From Catajapyx aquilonaris (taxonomy: Eukaryota), in assembly GCA_000934665.2 (NCBI GenBank), contig JYFJ02001349.1, forward strand, positions 62,001-82,213: DNA of 20,213 nucleotides. Reading direction: 5' to 3'. Below the pieces are notes generated by a model. That model made no database searches and was not told where the DNA came from. It saw only the letters and a program-made list of their open reading frames with translations. The translations under genes were made by a program, and so were the position numbers. Position 1 is the first letter of the stretch. The number at the start of each line of letters is the position of its first letter. Below, piece by piece: positions 1 through 10,223 of the stretch.

Positions 1-674
1 GTAGCGGCTTTGATGCCTGCTAACGACCGGCGAAAATATCATCATGACCCTATTGGTGGCCTGTTTATGAATAATAATGGACACATCCGATAGCTAGGGG
101 TTGGGCAGAAAAAAGCCGTAGTTTTCCCCTTTCTTGTGGCACGCACATCATTCACTCGCAAAACAGTGGGACTGCCGGCCTCAAAATTACCTCGCCGACC
201 TCAACTGGCTTCGAATTATATTCTCTCAATAGGGCAGCAGCACTGCAAACACATTACGCGTGAAAAATACTCTGCCACTCTCTGCTGCTGGGAACTTTGG
301 GGGTTTCCACCTATACTCCCTATGTTTCATTGGCATAGAAAATTCTTCACGCTGCGTTGGTTGCATACGTTACACAGACTCATCCAGGTTTTCCACTTGG
401 GAGGAGGCCACATTATCATATGCATTCATTTATCCCCATCCTACTACTCTTTCAAGCAGTGGAAAATACCCCCTATGCGCTCATTTTACATACTATTTCT
501 GTGTTGTGCTGCTCATACCTAAATGTTCAGTTTCAGCACTGTTATGTCTGGCACAAGCGAGCAAGAGTCATACACAATCATATTGCTCATTCATTCACCT
601 TGTTTTTGTTTAAAAAGCTGTCACGATAGTTATAACTTCATACAATTGGGATTCACAAAATCATTTTGCGATTA

Positions 675-1022
675 CAGGAAGCCCCCTGTCTATACGAAGG
701 GGGTTACGTTCCTGAAAATGTCCATAGGTCGGATTTGTACGTAACTCGGATCACTCAGGAACAGCGCATAATTACAGCGTAAAGATGCTGCTCCGCTTAC
801 GTCATGTGTGTTTGTTTATATATGCGCGGGAGTACGTAGTTTCCCAATTATTTATTAATTATACAGTATTATGTTGAACTTTGTATCGGTCAACATACGC
901 AGAAGTGATTGATAGTGGAGGGATAATAATTATAAATTATTATCCTTCTGGGGAGCCTTGGGAGCCCGTTCGTAAGTACGGATCGCCATAAGTCGGGTCC
1001 TTCGTAAACTGGGGACTACCTG
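675..1022. mobile_element. Tigger/pogo-type (Tc1/mariner superfamily) non-autonomous MITE, family A copy 1
   Basis: TA at 673-674 and 1023-1024. Imperfect TIRs CAGGAAGCCCCC.../...GGGGACTACCTG. Colinear, highly similar copy at 1959-2319. No coding capacity. Confidence 0.88.
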
Positions 1023-1101
1023 TACATACAACTCGCAAAACTATTGTGCGAATCAGCCTTTATTGAGTGCATTTTTCAAAGGAAAATAATATTATACGAG
1101 T

Positions 1102-1102
<1 letters not shown>

Positions 1103-1141
<39 letters not shown>
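1103..1141. repeat. (TAT)n microsatellite
   Basis: About 13 uninterrupted TAT units. Confidence 0.95.
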
Positions 1142-1322
1142 GGTGTAAAATAGGCCTGCAGGACACCAAAAAGTATAAGACAAGAGAGGAGGATCCGTTT
1201 TCAAACCTTCATCTTTAAGCCGTTTGCGTGACCTATGGTAAATCCATAGCAAATAGTAGAGCCCATCATGTTATTCATATAGGATTAATTACGGTACTTG
1301 TTATTAGTTGACCATCGATCAC

Positions 1323-1549
1323 CGAAGCAGGTTGGCAAGGTGGATAAGGCGTCCGACTGCTAATTGGGAGGTCATGTGTTCGAATCCCGGGGCCGACGAT
1401 CCTGAGCGTGGTTTTCTGTGGGTTTCCACGGTCTTCCTAGGATAATTCCGGGGTCACTTCCGTATAATAGGCCACAGCCGCTTCCTTCCTTCCCTATCCT
1501 TGGAGGTTGAAAGGCAATGCTGGGCCAACCTCCTTAATATCAATTATAA
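1323..1549 (+). mobile_element. tRNA-derived SINE (SINE-1), core resembling the invertebrate Inv-type domain
   Basis: A box-like TGGCAAGGTGG and B box GTTCGAATCC. Core GGTTTTCTGTGGGTTTCC...AGGCCACAGCCGCTTCCTTCC. Perfect 17-bp TSD AGTTGACCATCGATCAC at 1306-1322 and 1550-1566. 3' stem GGAGGTTG/CAACCTCC. The Inv-domain label is recalled, not aligned. Confidence 0.9.
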
Positions 1550-1958
1550 AGTTGACCATCGATCACGCAACTGGCCCTTAATGCTTCCTGAGGATCCAAT
1601 ACAGTCATGCTCATTATAAAAGCTAACGGTGCGCAAAAATAGCGGATTCCAACACCATCCAATTCCTTCATATCATACGTTTGTGCAAATATTTCAGCAT
1701 TGCCCAATATGGAACTCTAATTGTACGGTACTGCATTTAAAGTCTGCAAATTAATTAGATTGCTGTAAAAACCTTTTCAAGTGTCAAATTGAGTTTTAAA
1801 GTTACTGTATCCATGGTTTGTTCTCAATCTAAATGCAAGCTGAGGTGCAGTTCTAGTCTCCTAAGAGAGGACTAGGCAGATTGTTTTCACGTGAAAAGGG
1901 TGCAAAAGGGGATCTGGCCGATACAAATTGGCTGCCTTTGTTGCTGAGTAGGGTAGTA

Positions 1959-2319
1959 CAGGTAGTCCCCGGTCTACAAACTGGGTTACGTTCCTCAAAA
2001 AATGTCCATAAGTCGGATTTGTACGTTACTCGGATCCATGAGGAACAGCGCATAATATGTACAGCGTAAAGATGCTGCTCCAATGAACCGCTTACGTCAT
2101 GTGTGTGTGTTTACATGCGCGAAGAACGTGCTGCAGTTTACCAATTATACCGTATATTAATTATACGGTATTTATGTTAAACTTGGTATCAGTCAACGTA
2201 CTCGGAAGCGATTGAAATCGGAGGAATAATTATACATTTTACTTTCGGGGAGCCTTGGGAGCCCGTTCGTAAGTACGGATCGCCGTAAGTCGGGTCGTTC
2301 GTAAACCGGGGACTTCCTG
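1959..2319. mobile_element. Tigger/pogo-type MITE, family A copy 2
   Basis: TA at 1957-1958 and 2320-2321. TIRs CAGGTAGTCCCCGG.../...CCGGGGACTTCCTG. Same orientation as, and alignable to, 675-1022. Confidence 0.9.
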
Positions 2320-3040
2320 TACTTATCTTTTTCGCATCATCATCAACGTATCAGCACTACTAAAATGTAGTAGGTCAACATTCATTTTTCTTTTTAACTG
2401 CCAATTTGTCCACTACCATGGAATGACATCGAACTATACGTCAGTAGAAAAGTAAGGCAACCTAAAATGCATAAATCGGGCAAGTAATTGTGTCAGGTAA
2501 AATGAAATTTGACTATCGGCTAGTTCAGTGCAGCTTGGTGGCCTGGTAGACTGTCGATGCCAGCCTGAAGAGCCCACAGGAGTGTCGGCTTCCTGTTTCA
2601 TGCAATGTATCTCTCTTATCTGAGAGACTCGACATTCCATCTGATAGTAACGAACGTTTATCCAGGAAACCCTGGTGTCTGACACGCATCACTTCTGCAA
2701 CTCCCTCTTCATCTGCTGGCTGTCTCCATTATGTATGTACACAAAACGGGCCCTCATGGCGTTGATCAACTATACATGAATGCAACTAAGCAACGAGGTA
2801 AATAACTTCAGGATATGCCTTTGATTCATCCATTATAATGAACAAGTCACACGTACTGTATTAGATGTATTTGTACAGTGTCAGAGATATCGGACCCTTT
2901 AAGGCCCTGCGTCAGCTCATCATCCACTCCTATTTATTTAAGCAACAGAACTATATGTTCAATTTAATAGTTGAACTACACTGAAACTGTACTTTACTCA
3001 GTTTTATGCGATGAAGGTAAGTTAACTAAATTCGATTTGA

Positions 3041-3143
3041 ACAATTAATTATTACAATTAAATACAATTAATTATTAATTACAATTAATTATTACAATTA
3101 AATACAATTAATTATTAATTACAATTAATTATTACAATTAAAT
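3041..3143. repeat. AT-rich 40-bp minisatellite, about 2.6 copies
   Basis: Unit ACAATTAATTATTACAATTAAATACAATTAATTATTAATT repeats exactly at 3041 and 3081, and partially at 3121. Confidence 0.92.
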
Positions 3144-3327
3144 GGCTTTCTAACATAAAAAAGGTTGGGCAAGTTAATCCTTTAGAGATGAATCAAGATG
3201 TATTTGTATCTACAGAAGGGACTTTCATTTTGTTCTCTATGCAGGCTTGTTTAGGTCTAATAAATATAAGAAAAAATATTCTCTATGGGAAAGAGTTAAC
3301 TTACTGAACCCCATTGTAGAAAGTATT

Positions 3328-3616
3328 TTTTATATATATTATTTTTATTTATTTTACCTCGTGATAGGGGCGGAGCTCTCTTTTGGGGTGGCGTATCACC
3401 TTCAGTTTTCTTCGATTTTTCTGACTCTTACTTCACACATGGGTGGCGCCAAGGATAGGGACGGAAGGAAGCGGCTGTGGCCTATTTTTACCGAAACGAC
3501 CCCGGAATTGTCCTGGGGGGACTGTGGAAAACCACAGAAAACCACAGTCAGAGTCGCCGACCCCGGGATTCGAACCCAGGACCTCCCGATTAGCCACTAC
3601 ACCAACCTGCTTCGGT
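3328..3616 (-). mobile_element. tRNA-derived SINE (SINE-2), same head and core as SINE-1 but a different tail
   Basis: Minus strand reads ACCGAAGCAGGTTGGTGTAGTGG...GGTTCGAATCCCGGGG...AGGCCACAGCCGCTTCCTTCC, then an A-rich tail. TSD CCATTGTAGAAA(G/A)TATT at 3311-3327 and 3617-3633. Confidence 0.9.
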
Positions 3617-5970
3617 CCATTGTAGAAAATATTGGCGGCATTCACAGATCTTTCCTTTATCTTGGTGCATGTAAAATATGTACCAACGAAAATGCCCGTA
3701 GTGGCTAGCTATTTTTGGCATCACACTGCTGATAATTATTAGAGTTACTTTGGAACAGTTACTGTTGGGTGCTATAAAAAATATAGCTAGTATTGGGTTG
3801 AATGAATAAATTCATTATTACGAGTGACCAATTTTGACCGTCTTGTACTTGAGGTCAGTGGTTGGACCAAGTATTAGTTTAGATGCACGCATCAGTTCGA
3901 TTTTATTTTAGCAGCTAACATATTAAATAACCTACAAGTAACTGATTAAAAATAAGCACCTGGGTGTGAGAAACTGCTAACCACTTCGTATCAATCAGTA
4001 TTGCGGTGGACTCGCATTCCTGAAGTACAAGGACAAAACATATAAGTAAGACGATTAAACATGGAATGATACCGTACATTAAAAGTTACAAGAAGTGTAG
4101 GCAACTGAAACTTGTGCCAAGCTAAAACTTGAAGCTACATCGCCTTTAGCAATAAAGCCACAAAATTCCCTTTGTATACATAACAAGCAGCACGGCCTTT
4201 AATCTGTGACGTGTTCTGTCTGTACAGATGCCCCGGCGTCCACTCTGCATGCCCAGGATTATGAAGCCTGCTCAATAACGGACCATACCAGAAACAACAA
4301 GTAGAGAGGAAACTTGTATTGATTTCCGCTCAAACAGTGTGCAATACATAGGATTTATCAAGCCAATCTCCTCTGTGAAGTGCGGTGCAGCTCAGTGACT
4401 ATTGCATGTCAAACCGACTTTGATGTTGTAGGAAGTTGGCAGGTCTCGCCATTTCAAAGGGCATTGGTCAATGGTCGGGGGCCAGGGGGTAATCATTATA
4501 CTGAGGGGGGGAAGGGGTGTGGAAGGTGGGGGGTCAAGGAAAATCATTGTCCGGGGGCAGCGCCGAGAGGACGGGGGATCAGGAGGGTAGTGGGGGGGGG
4601 GAGGGAGAAGAGGTCCGCTCGTCTGGCTCTTTTTTCTTATTTTCTCTCTTTTTCGAAAAGAAAGGAGAGACAGAGAAGGAGAGTTGGGCCCCGTGGACTG
4701 ATTTTCTTGGCGGACCCCAACCAGCTCGGATTGGGAGAATTGATCTGGACAAGGATGGAGCACAAGCTGTGGATCTCTTCTCCCGTGGGAAATAACCCCG
4801 AATCATTCGGGTCCAATTTCCCAAAGCCAAATTTCCTTCGGCCTTTCCCTTATTAAAAAGAGCAGTCTCCCGCCAACTTGCTGCACATCTTTCCACGTGT
4901 TATACCGGATTTCCCCAGGCTTCGCCCTCTTTCATTTCATCGAGCATGCACTTGTTCATGAAAGCCAGCCTAATGTGCTGCGTTTCTACATCAACTCCTA
5001 ATCACATTACTGGCATTCCTACAATACTGTTTCAGCTTCGCCTCTATCTCGGGAATTATGCCGGTACTCATCTTGTCTTTAGGCCAGCCTAAGCATATTA
5101 GTATCGCACCTTGGGAATTTTATTTGCGGTATACCGTATATCAACAATGTCACCCATAACTTATACAGAAATTTTTAGTGTAAGCTTACAAATTACTTAC
5201 AGTAAATAACATGTAGTTATTTACCCGTGTGGCCACATTCAGTAGCCTAAATGTCAGAAAAAAATATTTACATCGGCGCATTATTGCCTGTTGTAATCAC
5301 TCACTTTAAGCCTAGCCTTCAACCTGATTTGGTTTCGACCAGAAAAATTGTGTCCAGCGAAGTGGAACCTGCATAATAAACGGTAGTCCATACAACATCG
5401 TTGACATACGTTATCTACTGTTAACTACTCGCAGACATGGAGCTAACATGGCAGTTCGGCGCAGCAAATCCGCCACAATAATTAATACACTACACTGCGC
5501 TACACTGACTACAGGATTTTAAACCACGCGTTTGTCATGGAGGACTGTGACACACTCTGTTTCGCTTTTTGCACCTATAGCGCAGTCGCATCGGATAGGT
5601 ATAAGATTCACTATCAGACCCGCAAAATTAGCTTTAACATCTGTTGGATATTTTAATGAGACATGAACATGTACGTTACATACGGTATTTGAAGGCAATT
5701 ATCAAATTCTACAAGCATCGGTTAACTTTGGTTAACTTCAGCCAAATTTCATCCCAAATGCACAGAACTTTGCCAAAGGAGCAATTTTGACGTGATGGAG
5801 CTGTAGCGGCACTGCGCTTCTGAAATAGTCATATGGTTGAGAGAGGCCATTAGAAAAGTACAGTACTGTACGTTTCGACTTCCCCACTCCCATCACACAC
5901 ACACACCACACACCGCTTGTCCGCTTTATTTAGTTATATCCGTACCTCCTGTCCCCCTTCTCTTCCCCAG

Positions 5971-6110
5971 TTCTGCCTGATTTCTACGAAAAACTGAGGT
6001 AACAAAATACCTGGATGCGAGCAAAGGAAAATGCGTTGACTAACCTCTTTTCCCGTTTCAGGGCGACGACTACGAGAAATGTAAACAGAAATTATTTTAT
6101 GCGTCTCTGA
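5971..6110 (+). other. Candidate 28-nt micro-exon (5971-5998), 63-nt intron and following exon (from 6062)
   Basis: Polypyrimidine tract ending CCCCAG at 5970. GAG|GTAACA donor. Branch point TGACTAAC plus CTCTTTTCCCGTTTCAG acceptor ending 6061. The only open spliced frame reads LPDFYEKLRATTTRNVNRNYFMRL*. No homology recognised. Confidence 0.4.
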
Positions 6111-6173
6111 ACTGCCAACAGAGCTTTTGACTGTCTACCAAAAAGGACGGATAAACCGAGCATTAATGTACTC

Positions 6174-6268
6174 TATCGCTCAAAAACATAGAGACGATTT
6201 GGCATTTGATTGAAGTGCAAGTTGCACTTAAGTCAAATGCCAAATCGTCTCTATGTTTTTGAGCGATA
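6174..6268. repeat. 95-bp near-perfect palindrome, probably a tiny MITE
   Basis: Two 47-bp inverted arms with 2 mismatches and a 1-nt spacer (TATCGCTCAAAAACATAGAGACG.../...CGTCTCTATGTTTTTGAGCGATA). Confidence 0.9.
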
Positions 6269-6441
6269 TATACGTCTGGTTCACAACTTTGTTTCTTGAG
6301 ATTAATGCTCAACGAGTGAATTAAAATTCCAAGTTATGGGATGTAAAATACATAGATGCCTATTTCCCTCTATAAATGACCAATATTGGGCCTCTGATTA
6401 GCTTCAATTAGCCCTTAGCATATCACCATAACACTATAGCC

Positions 6442-7002
6442 CTACACTATATGAGGCAGCATTCGCAAATTTTCCGAATACAGTAATTGTTTTGATCGAT
6501 ATGATGGACAGGCAATAAATATATAATAATTTCCATGCAGAATCGAATCATTTAATGCAGAAATACGCAGGCCTGTCGCTCTAAAATATAGGCCTATCCT
6601 CACAAAGGGGTAAGATAAGTCGAAGATTAGAGAACGTATAGCTACTGTAGCTGATAAGGAAACTAATAGCCCGATTTGTCTATCAAATGGGGGCCTCAAC
6701 GTGATGTTTCGTTCAAAAGCTTGGAGACTATAAAAAAGGCAATCCAATGGAGTATAGGCATGTAGTATAGCAGAGGGAGTGATTTGGATTCTGTCTTCTG
6801 CTAATAATATACCGTAGTGCAGGTGAGTCAAAATGAACTCTTTCAGCATGACGAGGATGGTTTCCAGCATGGCTTGACCACTTGACCACATAACATCGCT
6901 GTACGAGGATACCACTTGAACTGCATTAAGACTTGAGCGGAAACCTTTCCTCGTGGCCTGGATGAAAATCTTGCAGTGCCGAAAGTGTCGGATGCCCCTC
7001 AT
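6442..7002 (-). other. 186-codon ORF of unknown status in unique sequence
   Basis: Longest ORF in the window outside recognisable repeats. Preceded by a possible acceptor (CTGCTGTTTGCAG, about 7013). No domain recognised. Confidence 0.2.
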
Positions 7003-7426
7003 TTAGTGCGCACTGCAAACAGCAGGGCGCTTAAAAACACTGTAAGCTGTGTTTACGTTCCACTGTTGACCTTCTGAAACCGACGGCCCAGTCCACTCAT
7101 TCCTATTTCGCCGTGGGAACATTTTTGCCCCGGATTACGGTCATCAATGTTTGCAGCAATCATTAGCACAAGTATGATTACCAGCTTTAACAAATCAATA
7201 GATTTCCACATGCATGCATGCATCCTGCCTGGAATAATTAGCTTCCCTTCCACCCTCCTACCCCCTACTCAGACTATGACTCGACCTGATTGGGTCGCAA
7301 CCCTTTTGCGGCTACACATTCGAGGCTATCATATAACTCCCTCAGTGGGAGAAAGTGCATGTGTGCCACTCACATCTATTTGGAGTCAACTAGGTGTGCA
7401 AGGAAGGCTATTGGGGGGTTCGCCGT

Positions 7427-7494
7427 GGGGAGAGGGAGGAGAGGGAGGAGGGGGAGGGAGAGAGAGAGAGGGAGGGAGAGAGAGGGAGAGAGAG
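7427..7494. repeat. GA/GGA-rich polypurine simple repeat
   Basis: GGGAGAGGGAGGAGAGGGAGG...(GA)n tract. Confidence 0.9.
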
Positions 7495-7985
7495 TTGTGG
7501 ACTGCTGGGAATGGGGTTTCAAGTGTAATAGAGCTACTGCTGCATAGGTAGACTATCCGGTTACCGAGTGTCAACGTCAGGAAGGAGAGGAACTTCCGAA
7601 AGAGCCACGGTCAATGGTTCAAGGGAATTCCAATTGCCCAAGGTATGGTCAACTCTTCTCTGTACGACACGAGTAAATCAAATTCATGCCCTTTCGAATC
7701 TAAATAATTCAGCTAAACAAGGTGCCCAATAGAATTGACCCATTTCGTCTCAATTGTTGAACATGACTCATGAAAAGAAAAGTGTTTCTGCAGTAACACT
7801 CTTGTGGGGACAATAATTACTGTGATGTTTGGAAGCCTATGCAATCCAATGAAGTGATATATGGAGGGATACAACGAAAAGGAACAATTTGGTGTCTTTT
7901 ATAGGCACCTTTTCTTCGCTTCACATGCGAAACGGGACTAGTCCTACTGGCAGAAAATAACAAGCAATCTGAAATGGCATTTTAC

Positions 7986-8215
7986 AGAGCCTGGCAGAGC
8001 ACACAGGCAGGATTGTCGTGTGTCTGACTTGATATTCGGCGGAAATTAAACCTGTGTTCGCTGCTACGCATGAAAAATGCAAGTTTTGCTGCTGCCTCTC
8101 CTGGTGCAGATGGGAGTGGGTTTTCTGGAGAGGGGAGCTTTAATGTGCTCGATGTATGAGATAAAAGGAAACTCAATTCCAAATGAATTCTTCAAGAAAA
8201 TCTTCACGCACTGCT
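7986..8215 (-). pseudogene. Candidate exon of a decayed minus-strand gene or lncRNA (3' boundary uncertain)
   Basis: Acceptor TCTTTTAAACAG ends at 8216. Phase 1 is compatible with exon 10604-10460 and reads EQCVKIFLKNSFGIEFPFISYIEHIKAP... Removing the Chapaev insertion leaves an 87-nt intron. The donor (GTAAAA at 7985) is weak. Confidence 0.35.
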
Positions 8216-8523
8216 CTGTTTAAAAGATTTCTTTTTAATGTTATCTTTAAGAGTGACTTCATATATGATTAAAATAACACTGGCCAACAAAAAAAATGTT
8301 GTTGCATGTGATTTTTCAATTCATTCTGAGTATTTTTTTCAACGCTGATTTCAAATCTGAAATAGGTTTTCCTCTGCATGCTCTAGTTTTCATGCAATTT
8401 GAAACTTGTGACTTTTGCGAAAAAGGACAACCATTGCTATTTTCCACTAGGGATAGCTTGAGAATTAGGCAGCCTCAAATGTGTTCTCTTGCACAGATGG
8501 CAATGTTTATGGTGTGGTTCCAG

Positions 8524-9350
8524 TTGGTCACTGAGTATAATTTGCGAGAGGAGCATACAAGTATTGACATAAAAGTGGTCATTGACTTACTCCAATATCA
8601 TAAGCACAACTGGATCATTTGTGTGGACCTGAAAATGGGTAACTTCCTCCTCAATGAGAAAGGCGTCACAAAGTTTCCATGCTGTCCCTGCATGTGGGAC
8701 AGTCGAGCTTGAGAGAAACACTGGACCCAGAAGGAGTGGTCCATCGGTGAAACTCTAGAAGCAGGCATGCCAAACATTGTGAATGACCCAGTCGTCAGCG
8801 TTATTTTCCCCCCACTCCATATCAAGCTTGGCTTGATGAAACAGTTGTTCGTGAAGGCATTAAGTACTGATGGTGAAGGTCTTCAACACATACAGTAGTT
8901 TCTGCTTTTCCTGCTTTGTCTTTCGAGATGATCAAAGCAGATGTGTTCGAAGGATCTCAAATTCGTGCTCCTGTCCGTGATGAGGAATTTGTCAGGAAGA
9001 TGAATGACAAGGAGAAGGCAACGTAGCATGCTGTCTCTCGTGGCAGTTATACAGAAATTTCTCGGTAACAAAAAGGCACAAAATTACATGAGGTTCTCGT
9101 TACTAAAATGCTGTTGAATTTTCGCGATATTCGGTGCAATATGAGTGTCAAGCTGCAATTCCTGAATAGTCACCTTGAGAAATTCCCCGAAAACCTTGGG
9201 GCTGTTAGTGATGAGCAGGGAGAACGCTATCAAGGGAGATGGGACAAAATTACTATGATGGCAGACAACATACTGCTGGAGCATCAAACGAGATTTCCCT
9301 GAGAAGTCCACAAACGTCAGAGATACAAGCGCAAATTCTTGCCTGAATAT
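8524..9350 (+). pseudogene. Chapaev3-type transposase pseudogene (C-terminal portion only)
   Basis: Fragments in shifting frames: YHKHNWIICVDLKM..FLL, TKFPCCPCMWDSRA*EKHW, PPLHIKLGLMKQ.FVKAL, FPALSFEMIKADVFEGSQIR, FLGNKK, CNMSVKLQFLNSHLEKFPENLGAVSDEQGERYQGRW, MMAD. Contains stops, frameshifts and deletions. Confidence 0.88.
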
Positions 9351-9406
9351 GATCTATCTGAACTGTGCATTTCATCCTTATCAGTTGTTCTGAATCACCT
9401 ACCATC

Positions 9407-9735
9407 GGGGAAGGTGCGGTGGCCAAGATAGTAACGTCTCGGCTTGCTGTGCGAAAGGTCCCTGGTTCTAATCCCCGCCCGGGAGTTACCTGTCGCCTGC
9501 GTCAGTGGGTCTCTGGCCAGCGCCTTAGGAGGCGTCTTGGCAACTGGCCTCCTGCGGGACTGCACATGACCCTTTTCAGACATTGTACTTGCACCTGTGC
9601 CCCCTCCCAAATACCCCCATCCTTACCCTACTTCCCTAATTGTCCTTTCACGGAGTCCGAAGAAAAACAGAAAATTATTCAAAATGGTGGTAACCCTAAA
9701 AGGGCCTTGTCCCCTCCAATGGGGTAAACAAAAAA
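9407..9735 (+). mobile_element. tRNA-derived SINE (SINE-3) nested in the Chapaev element
   Basis: A box TGGCCAAGATAG and B box GGTTCTAATCC. Tail CCCTAAAAGGGCC...GGGGTAAAC(A)n. Degenerate 14-bp TSD AATCACCTACCATC (9393-9406) vs AATCACATTTCATC (9736-9749). Confidence 0.8.
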
Positions 9736-9947
9736 AATCACATTTCATCTTGATGTCTATAGACATCAAGATCATACGTGTATACACGTATATTATATTA
9801 CCGGTAATTTAAAGTAAAAAAGCGACACATTTTACTCCACACAAGTGATAAGTTATTTTTTTACTTTTTTCGAACTTTAATTCAAAGCCATATTGTGATG
9901 CACTTACGACTTTTTGTGAATGATTAAGCCTAATAATTTTAAGATCC

Positions 9948-10223
9948 TTATTTATTTTATTTTATTGGATACCCCGTGATAGGCCCCTTGGGCCTCTTAG
10001 GGGATCATCTTTTGAATACCCGACTTTAATCATTTGCCTGTAATGTGATGGATTTTGATTGCGGGAGGAAACGGGAGAACCCCGAGAAAACCCACGCGAA
10101 TACGGAGAGAACCCATCGAAACTCTATCCACATAAGTATCCTCCGTCCGACCCGGGGATCGAACTCGGGACCTTAGAGGTGGAAGGCTGCGGCGCTAACC
10201 ACTCCGCCACCGTGTCGCCCTCT
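9948..10223 (-). mobile_element. tRNA-derived SINE (SINE-4) with a V/Meta-like core, nested in the Chapaev element
   Basis: Minus strand reads GGGCGACACGGTGGCGGAGTGGTTAGCGCC...GAGTTCGATCCCCGG, core GCGTGGGTTTTCTCGGGGGTTCTCCCGTTTCCTCCC, then an (AATAA)n tail. TSD core TAATTTTAAGAT at 9934-9945 and 10224-10235. Confidence 0.88.

Noticed and set aside
136..744. Overlapping plus-strand ORFs
   Set aside because: Several depend on GTG/TTG starts, composition is atypical, and there is no splice or homology support.
2500..2730. Roughly 70-80 codon open stretches on the minus strand
   Set aside because: No convincing splice sites or homology, and the lengths are within chance range.
4380..4896. Overlapping 92-158 aa ORFs
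   Set aside because: Low-complexity G/C-run sequence lacks stops on both strands, and no domain is recognisable.
8060..8215. APGEAAAKLAF resembling the XPG/GEN1 motif APGEAEAQCA
   Set aside because: The catalytic Glu and downstream DSD motif are missing, and it is in a different frame from the upstream segment; likely coincidence.
9475..9575. Possible self-cleaving ribozyme in the GC-rich SINE-3 core
   Set aside because: I could not identify an HDV-like double pseudoknot or hammerhead core by eye; an Infernal/Rfam search would be needed.
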